From contig JBFXLE010000017.1 of the NCBI GenBank assembly GCA_050173015.1, positions 1 through 64,000 on the forward strand: a stretch of 64,000 nucleotides of DNA. The letters run 5' to 3'. Origin of the DNA: Calditrichaceae bacterium. Lineage in GTDB: Bacteria > Calditrichota > Calditrichia > Calditrichales > JBFXGD01. Shown piece after piece: positions 7,172 to 16,313 of the stretch (positions within the stretch are counted from its first letter, which is position 1; every line of letters begins with the position of its first letter). The notes below the pieces were generated by a model. That model made no database searches. It was not told the DNA's origin and saw only the letters and a program-made list of their open reading frames with translations. Position numbers and translations under genes: made by a program.

Positions 7172-7268
7172 TGATTTGCTCCTTTAAAATTGATGCCCGG
7201 TGATCTCTTTATATGTAAAGAGTGGGATTTACCGGCTTTTTTAAATTTTCACTCATCCTTTGTGATTT

Positions 7269-7550
7269 TTAATGGTGTCTGATTCTTTTCAACCAGTTTT
7301 TGTTTTTAAAACACGTAAGCATCGTGCCGCTTTTAGAATCACATACGATGACGACACCCTGCCATTTATCCGGATTATCCGGCAGGAACAGTTGTTGCAT
7401 TTTGCTGACCGCTTTTTTTCCGAGAAAATAATAGAGAGAATTTTTGGCGTAAATGCGCTCGCCAAAATTAATCGCCGCGCTGACCATGATCTCAGAGATA
7501 TTTCGTTCGCGCATTCTTTTTGCCGCGTGTTTTGATATTGAAATGTTCAT
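7269..7550 (-). CDS. DUF4258-like small protein (possible BrnT/RelE-type RNase fold)
   Basis: ISKHAAKRMRERNISE..V..AI..GE and C-terminal VVIV...LTCF pattern. ATG 7550 follows AAGGAAGGAG. Confidence 0.7.
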   Translation of the reverse strand: MNISISKHAAKRMRERNISEIMVSAAINFGERIYAKNSLYYFLGKKAVSKMQQLFLPDNPDKWQGVVIVCDSKSGTMLTCFKNKNWLKRIRHH

Positions 7551-7676
7551 AACCACTCTCCTTCCTTTGTGCTGTTTATTAATTTCAGACAAAAGATATG
7601 GATGAGTGAACGGCGGGACTAAATATGGCAGGGCTGTTTTTAGGCTGACAACAAATTCGTCAGCCCTGACGGCGAT

Positions 7677-8735
7677 TTAGGATTGGGTTTTTATTGAGTA
7701 TGTAGCGACTCGATCAAGTTGGGTGGACTGAATTTTTACCTGTTCATAAATGTGTACATTGGTGATACCATCTCTAAAGGCCTTGTTGATACGGCTGCGG
7801 GAATCGACCAGATCCTCCCGGTTAAAAGCGGGAAGGTCACCATATCCGGGTCGTATTTGCTCATAAAATTTTTCTATGTATTCCGCGTGCGGATTATCTT
7901 TCGAATTCACAATTTTTTTTAGATCTGTCAAATAGCAATAAAATGCCAAATCAACCGGTTTAAGATGAATACTCCATGACTGATAAGGCCAGGATACATG
8001 GACGAGCTGTTCTTCAATATTAATTTCAACCTTTGGCCTGAAAACCTTATCAAATTCATTTTGACTTATTTTTACCAGATCTTCGAAACTCACATCCGAG
8101 ATATCTCTCATAAAATTAAGATGATCTTTCAGTCTCAAAAATGGTATTTCCGCGTTTTCGATTTTAATTTTAGATTTTTGAATTTTTACTTTTTGATTGT
8201 CTCTGCCCGGCAATTCAAGCCACGCACCGGCCCCGGGAGGCGGATAGAAGAAATGAGGATTAAACTCTAATTCGGGAGGGGAAATCAGAACATGATACAA
8301 CCTATCCGATTTTCTTGCATGAATCTGCATGGCCGATGCCAGATAGACCGACATCGTTTTCCTGCCGCCCGCAATGGTTGCCCGTATGCGTGTATCTTTT
8401 TTCTGACTTAGTTGAAAAATATATCTGTTTATAAAATCTGCCGCGATTTTGTTATCTGACTCGTTTCTGATATCTTCAAGTTCATTTTCAGGTCCATTGC
8501 CGATCACCTTTAGATTTAAAGAAATCTCATAGGTGGGGATATTATAATCATCACAAAATTTATAAAAGTATCCGTCCGGCGCGAATAACATTTTATCACA
8601 CTTTTCTTTTCCGTGCAGCGTGGTTATGATATGGAGTTCTGAGATATTTATTTTTTTTTGCACGATAAAATCATACAAAGATTCGGTCACGATCTGTGGG
8701 GTCGAACCCGCCACCGCTACCAGAATGTCTTTCAT
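7677..8735 (-). CDS. CRISPR-associated CARF protein, NE0113 family (annotated as Csm6/Csx6/ring nuclease), with C-terminal HTH-like region
   Basis: ILVAVAGSTPQIVTESLY, IAGGRKTMS, RKSDRLYHVLISP..E..PHFFYP and AEIPFLRL. Confidence 0.88.
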   Translation of the reverse strand: MKDILVAVAGSTPQIVTESLYDFIVQKKINISELHIITTLHGKEKCDKMLFAPDGYFYKFCDDYNIPTYEISLNLKVIGNGPENELEDIRNESDNKIAADFINRYIFQLSQKKDTRIRATIAGGRKTMSVYLASAMQIHARKSDRLYHVLISPPELEFNPHFFYPPPGAGAWLELPGRDNQKVKIQKSKIKIENAEIPFLRLKDHLNFMRDISDVSFEDLVKISQNEFDKVFRPKVEINIEEQLVHVSWPYQSWSIHLKPVDLAFYCYLTDLKKIVNSKDNPHAEYIEKFYEQIRPGYGDLPAFNREDLVDSRSRINKAFRDGITNVHIYEQVKIQSTQLDRVATYSIKTQS

Positions 8736-8799
8736 TGATTTGCTCCGGGACTACGATAATAATTTATTAACCAGATTTAGGTTTCATCCAACGGGATGA

Positions 8800-10500
8800 T
8801 CATTCTCCCAATATCTTCCTTGGGTCGAGCAATTTTTCATGATATTTCCCCGCTTCACTGTCAAACTGCAGCCATACCGGGTGCCGGGCTAATGCTTGCT
8901 GAAGAACATTATAGGCGGAAATGGCCAAGTAAGAAAATCCGCTTGGTACCAGATAAATAGTATATTCACTGTAATCAACCGCGATTTTGTGGCATTGTTT
9001 TGCGATTGTTTTTTCCTGATCAAAGTTTGTATTACCCCGCGTAAGCACAATACTCTTTATTCTATCACCGTATTGAGCTTTTAAGTTTGGGAGAATCGGA
9101 TGAATACCCTCATTTACGATCACAAATAATTTCTTGTCATTTTCACCATTCAATAGCGTATTGATTTCATTATGGTATTGTTTTGCCAGCTCATATTTCG
9201 ATGTCATTGCTTTAAACAATGTTTCAGATTCATTTAAATACATTTCTACATTTTCTTTCAGGTATTTAAACTTATTGGAATAGTCAAAAACAGATGAACC
9301 ATCATCCACCCGCTTTCGGGGCTTTTTCCCCGGTATTTGTTCCGGCGGGCTGATATGACTGGCAAAATTTCTCACTTTTCGAATGGCGCCCCAATATTGA
9401 TAATATAATTTTATCGATTCTTCACCAAATATTTTTTCCAGCATTAATTTTGTATTTTTCGCCAGTTCTATTTCAACATCAGAAAGCACCGGCTTATCCT
9501 TTTCATCGGTGACATACCAGTACACACGGTTAATCAACGATCTCTCAATTATCTCCCGGTCTTTCTTTTTAAGCAAATCAAAGACCTGAGCGAATACTGT
9601 TATATAACATTCTCTCAGAATAATTATGCTTCTTGAATACGCGCAGTCTTTAAAATTCTGCCGGGCGGATTTTAACTGGACATCTAAATTGTCACCATCA
9701 AACAATGAAATAAAATCCAGCAGATATTTATCAATCAGATTAAAGACAGGAAATTTGTATCTGACCTCATGTTTGAATTCTTTATTTCTGTAAAATTTTT
9801 GAAACTCTGAAGATTTACGTGGTAGATCCATAACATAATTGAAAGCGTAAGCATCCGTCAGCTCCCTGAAACTTTGCGCGACGCCGCTAAATTTGTCACC
9901 GGCTATATAGTTAAGTTTTTCCATCAGAAACCGGCCGCTTCCGCCCGCGGTAAAAATCTGCGCCGCTTTCATCCATTGAAGCAACTCCAGTAACTCCGTC
10001 ATATCAAGAATATTTGGAGGATTGGTTTCATGCATCCCATAATACATTTTTTGAACATTGATTCTTTCGGTCATCTGATCGAGGAAATACACCGCCAGGA
10101 ACACTAAAATTGGCTGAATTCGGTAACCAAACGTCAAATCCACATAAAGTTCAATATCACCCTTTTGTAACTCTTTGTGCTTAACGATTTCTTCGAATGC
10201 TTTCCAAAATTCATTCTGCGATTTCAGCGCTCCAATCTCGACTTCTGTATATTTTTCGTTCAGATGATAGGCTGAGAGACTCTCCATAAGCTGGGGATAA
10301 TGAGGCCGCTTATGCTCAAAGGATTCTTTTGTTCCCAAAATCAGGATATGATCCACTTTCAGATGGTCAGCGATCAAAATAAACGGCAATCGTTCTTTTG
10401 TGGACGTACCGTTGAAATTCCATTCCACCTGATCATAGCCCGTTTTCATATTCCCCAGCCCAATTGAAGTGATCAGAATTTTCCTTCGCTTTGTTTTCAT
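8800..10500 (-). CDS. csx1: Csx1-like (TM1812/DxTHG-type) CARF-HEPN ribonuclease with an extra C-terminal domain
   Basis: KILITSIGLG..Y, ILILGT, VDLTFGYRIQP (DxTHG variant), DMTELLELLQW and HEPN RNFASH (RxxxxH). Confidence 0.8.
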   Translation of the reverse strand: MKTKRRKILITSIGLGNMKTGYDQVEWNFNGTSTKERLPFILIADHLKVDHILILGTKESFEHKRPHYPQLMESLSAYHLNEKYTEVEIGALKSQNEFWKAFEEIVKHKELQKGDIELYVDLTFGYRIQPILVFLAVYFLDQMTERINVQKMYYGMHETNPPNILDMTELLELLQWMKAAQIFTAGGSGRFLMEKLNYIAGDKFSGVAQSFRELTDAYAFNYVMDLPRKSSEFQKFYRNKEFKHEVRYKFPVFNLIDKYLLDFISLFDGDNLDVQLKSARQNFKDCAYSRSIIILRECYITVFAQVFDLLKKKDREIIERSLINRVYWYVTDEKDKPVLSDVEIELAKNTKLMLEKIFGEESIKLYYQYWGAIRKVRNFASHISPPEQIPGKKPRKRVDDGSSVFDYSNKFKYLKENVEMYLNESETLFKAMTSKYELAKQYHNEINTLLNGENDKKLFVIVNEGIHPILPNLKAQYGDRIKSIVLTRGNTNFDQEKTIAKQCHKIAVDYSEYTIYLVPSGFSYLAISAYNVLQQALARHPVWLQFDSEAGKYHEKLLDPRKILGE

Positions 10501-10796
10501 TTTCCTGTTCCTGCTCTTTACGCGTGTCCAATACAATATTTTACGAATGCATTTTTTTTTATCTGCTATATAAACAAAAAATTTTATTCCGGTTAAATAA
10601 AGAAACTGAAATCAAACTGTAATATTGAAATACTTTTAATTAGATTTTTATATTATTCTCCCCAAAACAATGACTAAAATAATACAATAAATCAACTTAG
10701 TTGAATCCCTGATAAAATAAATTCCGGCTTATTCTAATTCAACTTACCCCATCTTCGTTTTTTGTTCCTATACATTTATCATTTTCCGGAAAGATA

Positions 10797-11912
10797 TCAA
10801 ACCTGGTATGGCGTAAGATTTGCTATAAAATCAGGAAGATGCGAAAAATTTTCCCATCCTGAAAAAAAAGGAATCTTATTTTCGCTCAGTTTTTCTTCCA
10901 TCGCCTCCGAAAGTTGGAAATAAGAGACGATCACCGGAATACAAAAACTGCCGCCAAGCAGATTTTTATAACTTTTGATCTTGTTTATATCCTCAGCGGC
11001 CACTTTACCTGCCTTGCATTCTATAATATATAACGAATCATTTTTAACCAGAACCACATCCAGTTCATTTTTAGGGTTGTTAATACTTTGTGAAAGCTTC
11101 CATTCAATGGTTACACCAAGTCCTGCATTATCAAACAATTTAGAATCTCTCAACAGAAGATAAACGTATTCTTCAAACCATTGTCCCGACAATACAAATT
11201 GTTCAGGTTCCGGTCCCGCAAATTTCCGATATGGAATTTCAAATTTGCCATCATTGTATTGAAAATAAAATTCGCCATTTACCCTTTTCAACAGGCCTTT
11301 ATCAATATTCATGCTATAATCTGTTTCTTTTCTGCCAATGGTTTTCAATGATACCTGATTGCACATTTTATTAAAGCGGTTTGCGACTTTTCTGTTCCTG
11401 AATTGTTGAACTTTGAATAAAAGTTCAATTTCTTCTCTTCTTATTTCAGAATCAAATTCATCTGAGCGGATGTTTTGTACTTTTTGCCCATGGCTCCGGA
11501 TAATTTCCCGGATCGAAAAATGTTTGCCAAATGGTTCAAATCGTCTCTGTTCCTCCGTCAGATAGATAAGCCGCAGATTTTCTGAATCCACATAAATGAC
11601 CGGAAAATTTTTATTTTGGAATACCCGGTAACAGGCCAGCGACGCGATTTTGGTTCCGCCTGTCATGTTTAGAATCCAGTTGGCATCCGGATCCTCGCTA
11701 ATCAGCCTGCCGCACAAATTTTCAATTGCTTCAAAATCATAAAAATCAACCAAATGCTCCTGAGACTGTATCCTTGACACTTTTTTTAAAGTCTCTAACT
11801 GATCTTTTGATTTTTCGGTGAAAAAGTAAACTACTTCTTCCGGTTTGAGTTCTTTTATTCCGCGATAATTGGGAAGGGTCTGACCGGAGACAAGACAGAT
11901 CATTTTTCGCAT
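10797..11912 (-). CDS. Card1/Can2-like CARF + PD-(D/E)xK nuclease (DUF1887 type)
   Basis: ICLVSGQTLPN, LNMTGGTKIASL, GQWFEEYV, NELDVV and YIIECKAG. Confidence 0.88.
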   Translation of the reverse strand: MRKMICLVSGQTLPNYRGIKELKPEEVVYFFTEKSKDQLETLKKVSRIQSQEHLVDFYDFEAIENLCGRLISEDPDANWILNMTGGTKIASLACYRVFQNKNFPVIYVDSENLRLIYLTEEQRRFEPFGKHFSIREIIRSHGQKVQNIRSDEFDSEIRREEIELLFKVQQFRNRKVANRFNKMCNQVSLKTIGRKETDYSMNIDKGLLKRVNGEFYFQYNDGKFEIPYRKFAGPEPEQFVLSGQWFEEYVYLLLRDSKLFDNAGLGVTIEWKLSQSINNPKNELDVVLVKNDSLYIIECKAGKVAAEDINKIKSYKNLLGGSFCIPVIVSYFQLSEAMEEKLSENKIPFFSGWENFSHLPDFIANLTPYQV

Positions 11913-12044
11913 GAATTTACCTCCCTATATTCTGAGTTTGTACCTGGTGAAGGCATTTCATGATTAAAGCGCCCCCAATAAACGGGCTTTACGTTGATCA
12001 GTTAATTCAACCATCAATGCCTCCGGTTTTTGCACTGCTTATGT

Positions 12045-12965
12045 TTAAGCTATTGTCTCTATCAGGTATTTTCCCATTCCATAGACCGTCCCGCGGCCCA
12101 CGTGCAGAAGTTCGCCTTTTTTTAGAAGCGGGAAAAATGGTGTTATATTGCCTCTTAGCTCCATGGTTCCGCTGAATCCCTCCAGACTGATTTTTGTCTT
12201 TTGCCGGTTGGAATATCTCTGCCATTCCATGTCTTCAATTTTACTCGCGACAATTTCAATTTTTTTGGCCGCGTCCATATCAAATTCATCAACACCATTA
12301 TTACCATTGCTATGATAAAAATTTAATGATTTCAGCCTTCTTTGAATGGCTTTCAACAGCTGAACAAAATCAACTTCCTTCGCGACCCGTCCGTTTACTT
12401 TGATGGCGGTTGTCGTGATAAAATGAAGCCGTAAGTGATCTGTTTCTATTGGCTGAATTTCATGTAAATTCAATCGCTGAAAACCGGTGTTAACGGATTG
12501 CTGAACATGATCATATATTGTTACATGCTCCGGTGATATCAATTCCTTCACTTTTTTTAGCCAGAATTTTCCTCTACTGGCGCCAATACCGATTTTCCCC
12601 ATTTCTCTGAACGTATAGATCAGATAGGGCAGATATTCTATGGCTTTTCCGATCAGGACGAGCTTGACTTTTAGCGAATCGCCTTCCGGAAAAAGACTGT
12701 TTTGAGTTTGAGGCGGTTCTATTATAAAAGGATGGGCGACTTTCTCATCGCGTCCGTTGGTTGTTTCAAAGATATACGAATAGGCGCAGTTATCCCGCAA
12801 CAGACATCCGCCGCAGTTGATCATGTTGGTCACACACACTGTTTTTCTTAGCGCGTGTCCAAACAATCCCCTGAAAGCAGAACCTTTATACGGGGGCAAT
12901 TTCAACTCATTTTTAACGATGAGTTCAAATTCAAATATACCGACATCCATTTCGTCTATTTCCAA
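12045..12965 (-). CDS. cas6: Cas6 pre-crRNA processing endoribonuclease
   Basis: LPPYKGSAFRGLFGHAL, CxxCxxxxxC cluster, HPFIIEPP and the C-terminal G-rich loop HVGRGTVYGMGKY. Confidence 0.93.
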   Translation of the reverse strand: MEIDEMDVGIFEFELIVKNELKLPPYKGSAFRGLFGHALRKTVCVTNMINCGGCLLRDNCAYSYIFETTNGRDEKVAHPFIIEPPQTQNSLFPEGDSLKVKLVLIGKAIEYLPYLIYTFREMGKIGIGASRGKFWLKKVKELISPEHVTIYDHVQQSVNTGFQRLNLHEIQPIETDHLRLHFITTTAIKVNGRVAKEVDFVQLLKAIQRRLKSLNFYHSNGNNGVDEFDMDAAKKIEIVASKIEDMEWQRYSNRQKTKISLEGFSGTMELRGNITPFFPLLKKGELLHVGRGTVYGMGKYLIETIA

Positions 12966-13129
12966 TTTTTGGCTGCAATTTTAGCAGTCATGATAAAAAG
13001 AATATGTTTAAGGCAGGTCAAATTCCAAAATCATCATTATAATAATGAACAGATAAATAAAATACAAGTAGGTTTAATTAAAAGATGATTATTTTTTTAT
13101 TTTTTGCGTGAATGACCCAAAAATATAGC

Positions 13130-13157
13130 AAAAAAAGCCGGCGATGAAACCGGCTTT
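13130..13157 (-). terminator. Rho-independent terminator
   Basis: AAAGCCGG...CCGGCTTT stem with an A/T tract, downstream of 13180..13905. Confidence 0.7.
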
Positions 13158-13179
13158 AAAATCATTTAGAGATGGATTC

Positions 13180-13905
13180 TCAATCAAAAACGCTTTCCAG
13201 TTTCTGATATTCTGAATGCAGGGCTTCAATCGCTTTGCTGACCTTTGCCATATCGTTCTCTTTGCCGATGGTTACATTCAACGCGTCCACCGATCTCGCC
13301 AGCGCTTTGCGCGCTTTATTGAACTCATCTTCCCTGGATTCCAAACGTTTTGAGAGTCGCGCCTTATTTAATTCATTCATTTTTATCTTTAGCTGAGCGG
13401 CCGAAATTTTTATTTTTTCCGGATTCTGATCGGGTAAATAATAATGATACAACATATATAATTCCTGGTGAAAGGCGTCCACTTCCTTGAGCACCGGACG
13501 GATGGTGCGGACCAGCGCTTCGTATTGCGAATGGAGATTTTCCGCCGCCTGTAACAATCCGGCATCATCATTATCCGCGGATGCGGCTTTATAATCCGTT
13601 ATAATCTCAGCCAGCTTATCCACACCGGCGTCCCATTTTTCCTGTTTATCCCTTAAGATGCCGGGAAGTTCCGCGCCGGCCAGCTCTTTATAGCCGTTTT
13701 CGATATCAGGAATCAGATCTTTTAGCAATTGCACATTTTTCTCAGGCCAGGCTTCATGCCATATCTGATAGATGGTTTCATGAAAATCATCCAGCGCTTT
13801 CACTTCGGCTTTGGTTTCATTCTCATAACTGTCCTGCCCGATCACGCATAATGGCGTCAGGAGCAAAATCATCAATGACATGATATTGAAAATTCTTGTT
13901 TTCAT
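13180..13905 (-). CDS. Secreted alpha-helical hypothetical protein
   Basis: Signal peptide MKTRIFNIMSLMILLLTPLCVIG; internal repeat (LDDFHETIYQIWH / VDAFHQELYMLYH). Confidence 0.8.
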   Translation of the reverse strand: MKTRIFNIMSLMILLLTPLCVIGQDSYENETKAEVKALDDFHETIYQIWHEAWPEKNVQLLKDLIPDIENGYKELAGAELPGILRDKQEKWDAGVDKLAEIITDYKAASADNDDAGLLQAAENLHSQYEALVRTIRPVLKEVDAFHQELYMLYHYYLPDQNPEKIKISAAQLKIKMNELNKARLSKRLESREDEFNKARKALARSVDALNVTIGKENDMAKVSKAIEALHSEYQKLESVFD

Positions 13906-14051
13906 CGACACCCCTCTTTGTCTGTAATAATTCTCCAAATAAACATGATTGACGGTAATTTAACGGATTGTTTACTGGCTTACAACGAAACAAATTTTTA
14001 TCCCGCGCTGATTTGATTACCGCTGATTTTCCAGACAATTACATGCCAATC

Positions 14052-14567
14052 TCATAAAGTCCAGGTATTCCGATGTACACGTGTCTGCTGATACCGGTTT
14101 TCCGGAATACTTTTCACCTCGGGAATCCCTAACGCGATCATGGATATGGGGATGATATTTTCAGGTAGATTTAATAATCCGCTCAGACTTCTCATCCGTT
14201 CCGTTCGGGGATAAACGCCAAGCCACACCGCGCCCAATCCCAGAGCATGGGCCGCCAGCAAAATGTTCTCACTTGCCGCCGCGCAGTCAAGAGCGATATA
14301 GCCCACATTTTGTTCAAGCCTCCTGTCGCCGCAAACGGTAATAACCCCCGCCGCCTTTTTGAGCATCTGCGCGTATGGATGAAACCGGCTTATGGCATCC
14401 ATCGTATCCCTGTTATCGATGATGATAAATTGCCACGGCTGATCGTTTCTCGCTGACGGCGCCTGCATGGCCGCTCTTAACAGTTTATCGTACAATTCAT
14501 CGGGAATACTTTCACCCGTAAATTTTCTTACACTTCGTCTTGTCAGAATAGCTTCCATCGCGTCCAT
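14052..14567 (-). CDS. Nitroreductase family protein
   Basis: ILTRRSVRKF, QAPSARNDQPWQF and ENILLAAHALGLGAVWLG. Confidence 0.95.
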   Translation of the reverse strand: MDAMEAILTRRSVRKFTGESIPDELYDKLLRAAMQAPSARNDQPWQFIIIDNRDTMDAISRFHPYAQMLKKAAGVITVCGDRRLEQNVGYIALDCAAASENILLAAHALGLGAVWLGVYPRTERMRSLSGLLNLPENIIPISMIALGIPEVKSIPENRYQQTRVHRNTWTL

Positions 14568-14641
14568 CCGGACTCCAATATATTTTATTGTATATTTGAC
14601 GTTCCCGGTGCATTCACGGGAAAACTCCCTACGCGGATGTC

Positions 14642-14881
14642 TTAACCGCCGAAAATAAAATCGACGATATCACTCAGGGTGCTTTTCCCTTCTAAAAATT
14701 CAGGATTGTACAATTCCGTGTACCCGCAGTTTTTACACGACGCGGCGATAAATGTATTGTGCTGTATATCCAAAAATTTTGAGAGACCGGAGCCGGTCGC
14801 GGCGATTCTCTTCACAGCCGCGCCACTTGTTTTGCATCTCGGGCAGGCAAATTTCATGGCGATTTGCTCGTCTAATTTCAT
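14642..14881 (-). CDS. Zinc-ribbon protein (DUF2082-like)
   Basis: CPRC...TGSGLSKFLDIQHNTF..SCKNCGYTELY. Confidence 0.85.
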   Translation of the reverse strand: MKLDEQIAMKFACPRCKTSGAAVKRIAATGSGLSKFLDIQHNTFIAASCKNCGYTELYNPEFLEGKSTLSDIVDFIFGG

Positions 14882-14984
14882 TGGCTTTCCCCTTTGCTTT
14901 CAGATTATAACTGAAGGTAAATAATTAACAGAGAAAGATCAAAACATGATATTTTTTACAGTCGTTCTCTTTATTCTTCCGGTT

Positions 14985-15700
14985 CCCGGCTTCTCTCACC
15001 CTCCCCTTCCCCTCCCTTATGCCAAGCTGTTGCAGAGGGGAGGGGATCGAGGGGAGGGTCAGTTGCGGGGTTCGTTTTTCTACAATAATGTCATCCCTTC
15101 GGGATTGGGGAATCAATTTTTCGCGGTTAACTGCATTCGGTCAGCCCCGACTCTTAACTCTTTTCTCTTAACGCTTTTAAATTCTTACTTCCTACTTTCT
15201 TTGTCTGAACTATGATTCCCCTGAATAATTGAAAACTCTGATTTCCGGTTTCTTAATCATCTTCATCATTTAATCATCTTAATCAAAGTTCAGACCGTTT
15301 TCGTCTTTTTTCTTAACTCCACCTGCCGCCGGAGGTGACGCGGCTTTGGAGAACAGGGCATCCCGGAGTCATTGTTCGACCCCGACGGGGTCGCGGGGTT
15401 TCAGGGTAGCCGGTTATCTACAATAATGTCATCCCTTCGGGATTGGGGAATCAATTTTTCGCTTGGTCCGCCCTACTCTTAACTCTTAACTCTTTTCTCT
15501 TAACGCTCTTCAATTCCTACTTCCTACTTCCTACTTCTTACTTTTCTTCATTTCCCAAGAAAGCAGAAGATCCCTCCGGGATGACATGTGTGGCTGCCTG
15601 TTGTGAAATGGCCGGGCGCCCCGACTCTTACACTCTTAACTCTTTTTTCTTTTTTCTTTTATCTTTTTTCTTATCCTTCCCACGTTTTTCCAAAAAAAAA
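14985..15700. repeat. Intergenic mosaic of REP-like palindromes and short tandem repeats
   Basis: 46-bp direct repeat at 15079-15124 and 15417-15462; heptamers ACTCTTA and TTCCTAC; palindrome CGACCCCGACGGGGTCG; CCCCTCCC..GGGGAGGGG. Confidence 0.75.
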
Positions 15701-15734
15701 GCCCGCCGAAATGAATCGACAGGCTTTGTTTTTG

Positions 15735-15807
15735 TACACCTGCAGGGACTCGAACCCCGAACCAACTGATTAAGAGTCAGCTGCTCTACCACTTGAGCTA
15801 CAGGTGC
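15735..15807 (-). tRNA. tRNA-Lys (CTT)
   Basis: GCACCTGTAGCTCAAGTGGTAGAGCAGCTGACTCTTAATCAGTTGGTTCGGGGTTCGAGTCCCTGCAGGTGTA; CCA not encoded. Confidence 0.96.
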
Positions 15808-15865
15808 GTTAAAATTGAGTTCGCTAATTTAATGATCTTTGATTATTGATGCAAGTGTACATCAT

Positions 15866-15941
15866 AAAAAAGCCGGTCTTTCGACCGGCTTTCCAAAATC
15901 CATTTATTCCTCATTCTCTCGGGGTTGACTTCCGTGTTTGT
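15866..15941 (-). ncRNA. Candidate GGA-rich small RNA with intrinsic terminator
   Basis: Follows a sigma54-like box, carries four GGA motifs and ends in AGCCGGTC-GAAA-GACCGGCT-TTTTT. No upstream minus-strand ORF explains the terminator. Confidence 0.5.
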
Positions 15942-15951
15942 TATATAACAA

Positions 15952-15967
15952 TACAATAACTGTGCCA
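15952..15967 (-). promoter_or_regulatory. sigma54-like -24/-12 promoter
   Basis: TGGCAC-AGTTA-TTGTA vs consensus TGGCAC-N5-TTGCW. Confidence 0.55.
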
Positions 15968-16313
15968 TTCTTTTGGCAATATTGCGTATCTAATTGTTTT
16001 TACGCCAATTATCCATAATTACCAACAGATAAAATCCTTCTATATTCTTTGTAAATATGTCGGATAATCAGACAGTTGCTGTGTTTTTCGTTCCTTTTAA
16101 TTTCTTATCTTATTAGGTTTGTTTAATTAATATATTGTAACCGGGCGGTATCGGGAATATCCCACATAATACCTAACCTATGACGTCATCAGAGTTCATA
16201 TCATAATCCAAAAATAAAAAAATGGTAATATACCGCTGAGTTTATTAACTTTCACGTTAGGATTTAATCGGTATCAGGATGATTTTATTTTTACAGATTA
16301 TAAAGAAACAAAA

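Larger units (their letters stand above)
6375..7250. repeat. Tandem repeat, 357-bp period, ~2.5 units, each with hairpin CTCTTTA-TATG-TAAAGAG
   Basis: AAAATTGATGCCCGGTGATCTCTTTATATGTAAAGAGTGGG occurs three times, with hairpins at 6491-6508, 6848-6865 and 7205-7222. Confidence 0.95.

Noticed and set aside
6472-7232. Second CRISPR array
   Set aside because: The intervening segments are ~315 bp, homologous to each other and apparently coding, unlike spacers.
14925-15773. ORFs 14925..15116, 14946..15215, 15443..15769 and 15588..15773
   Set aside because: Low-complexity translations of repeats; two overlap the tRNA.
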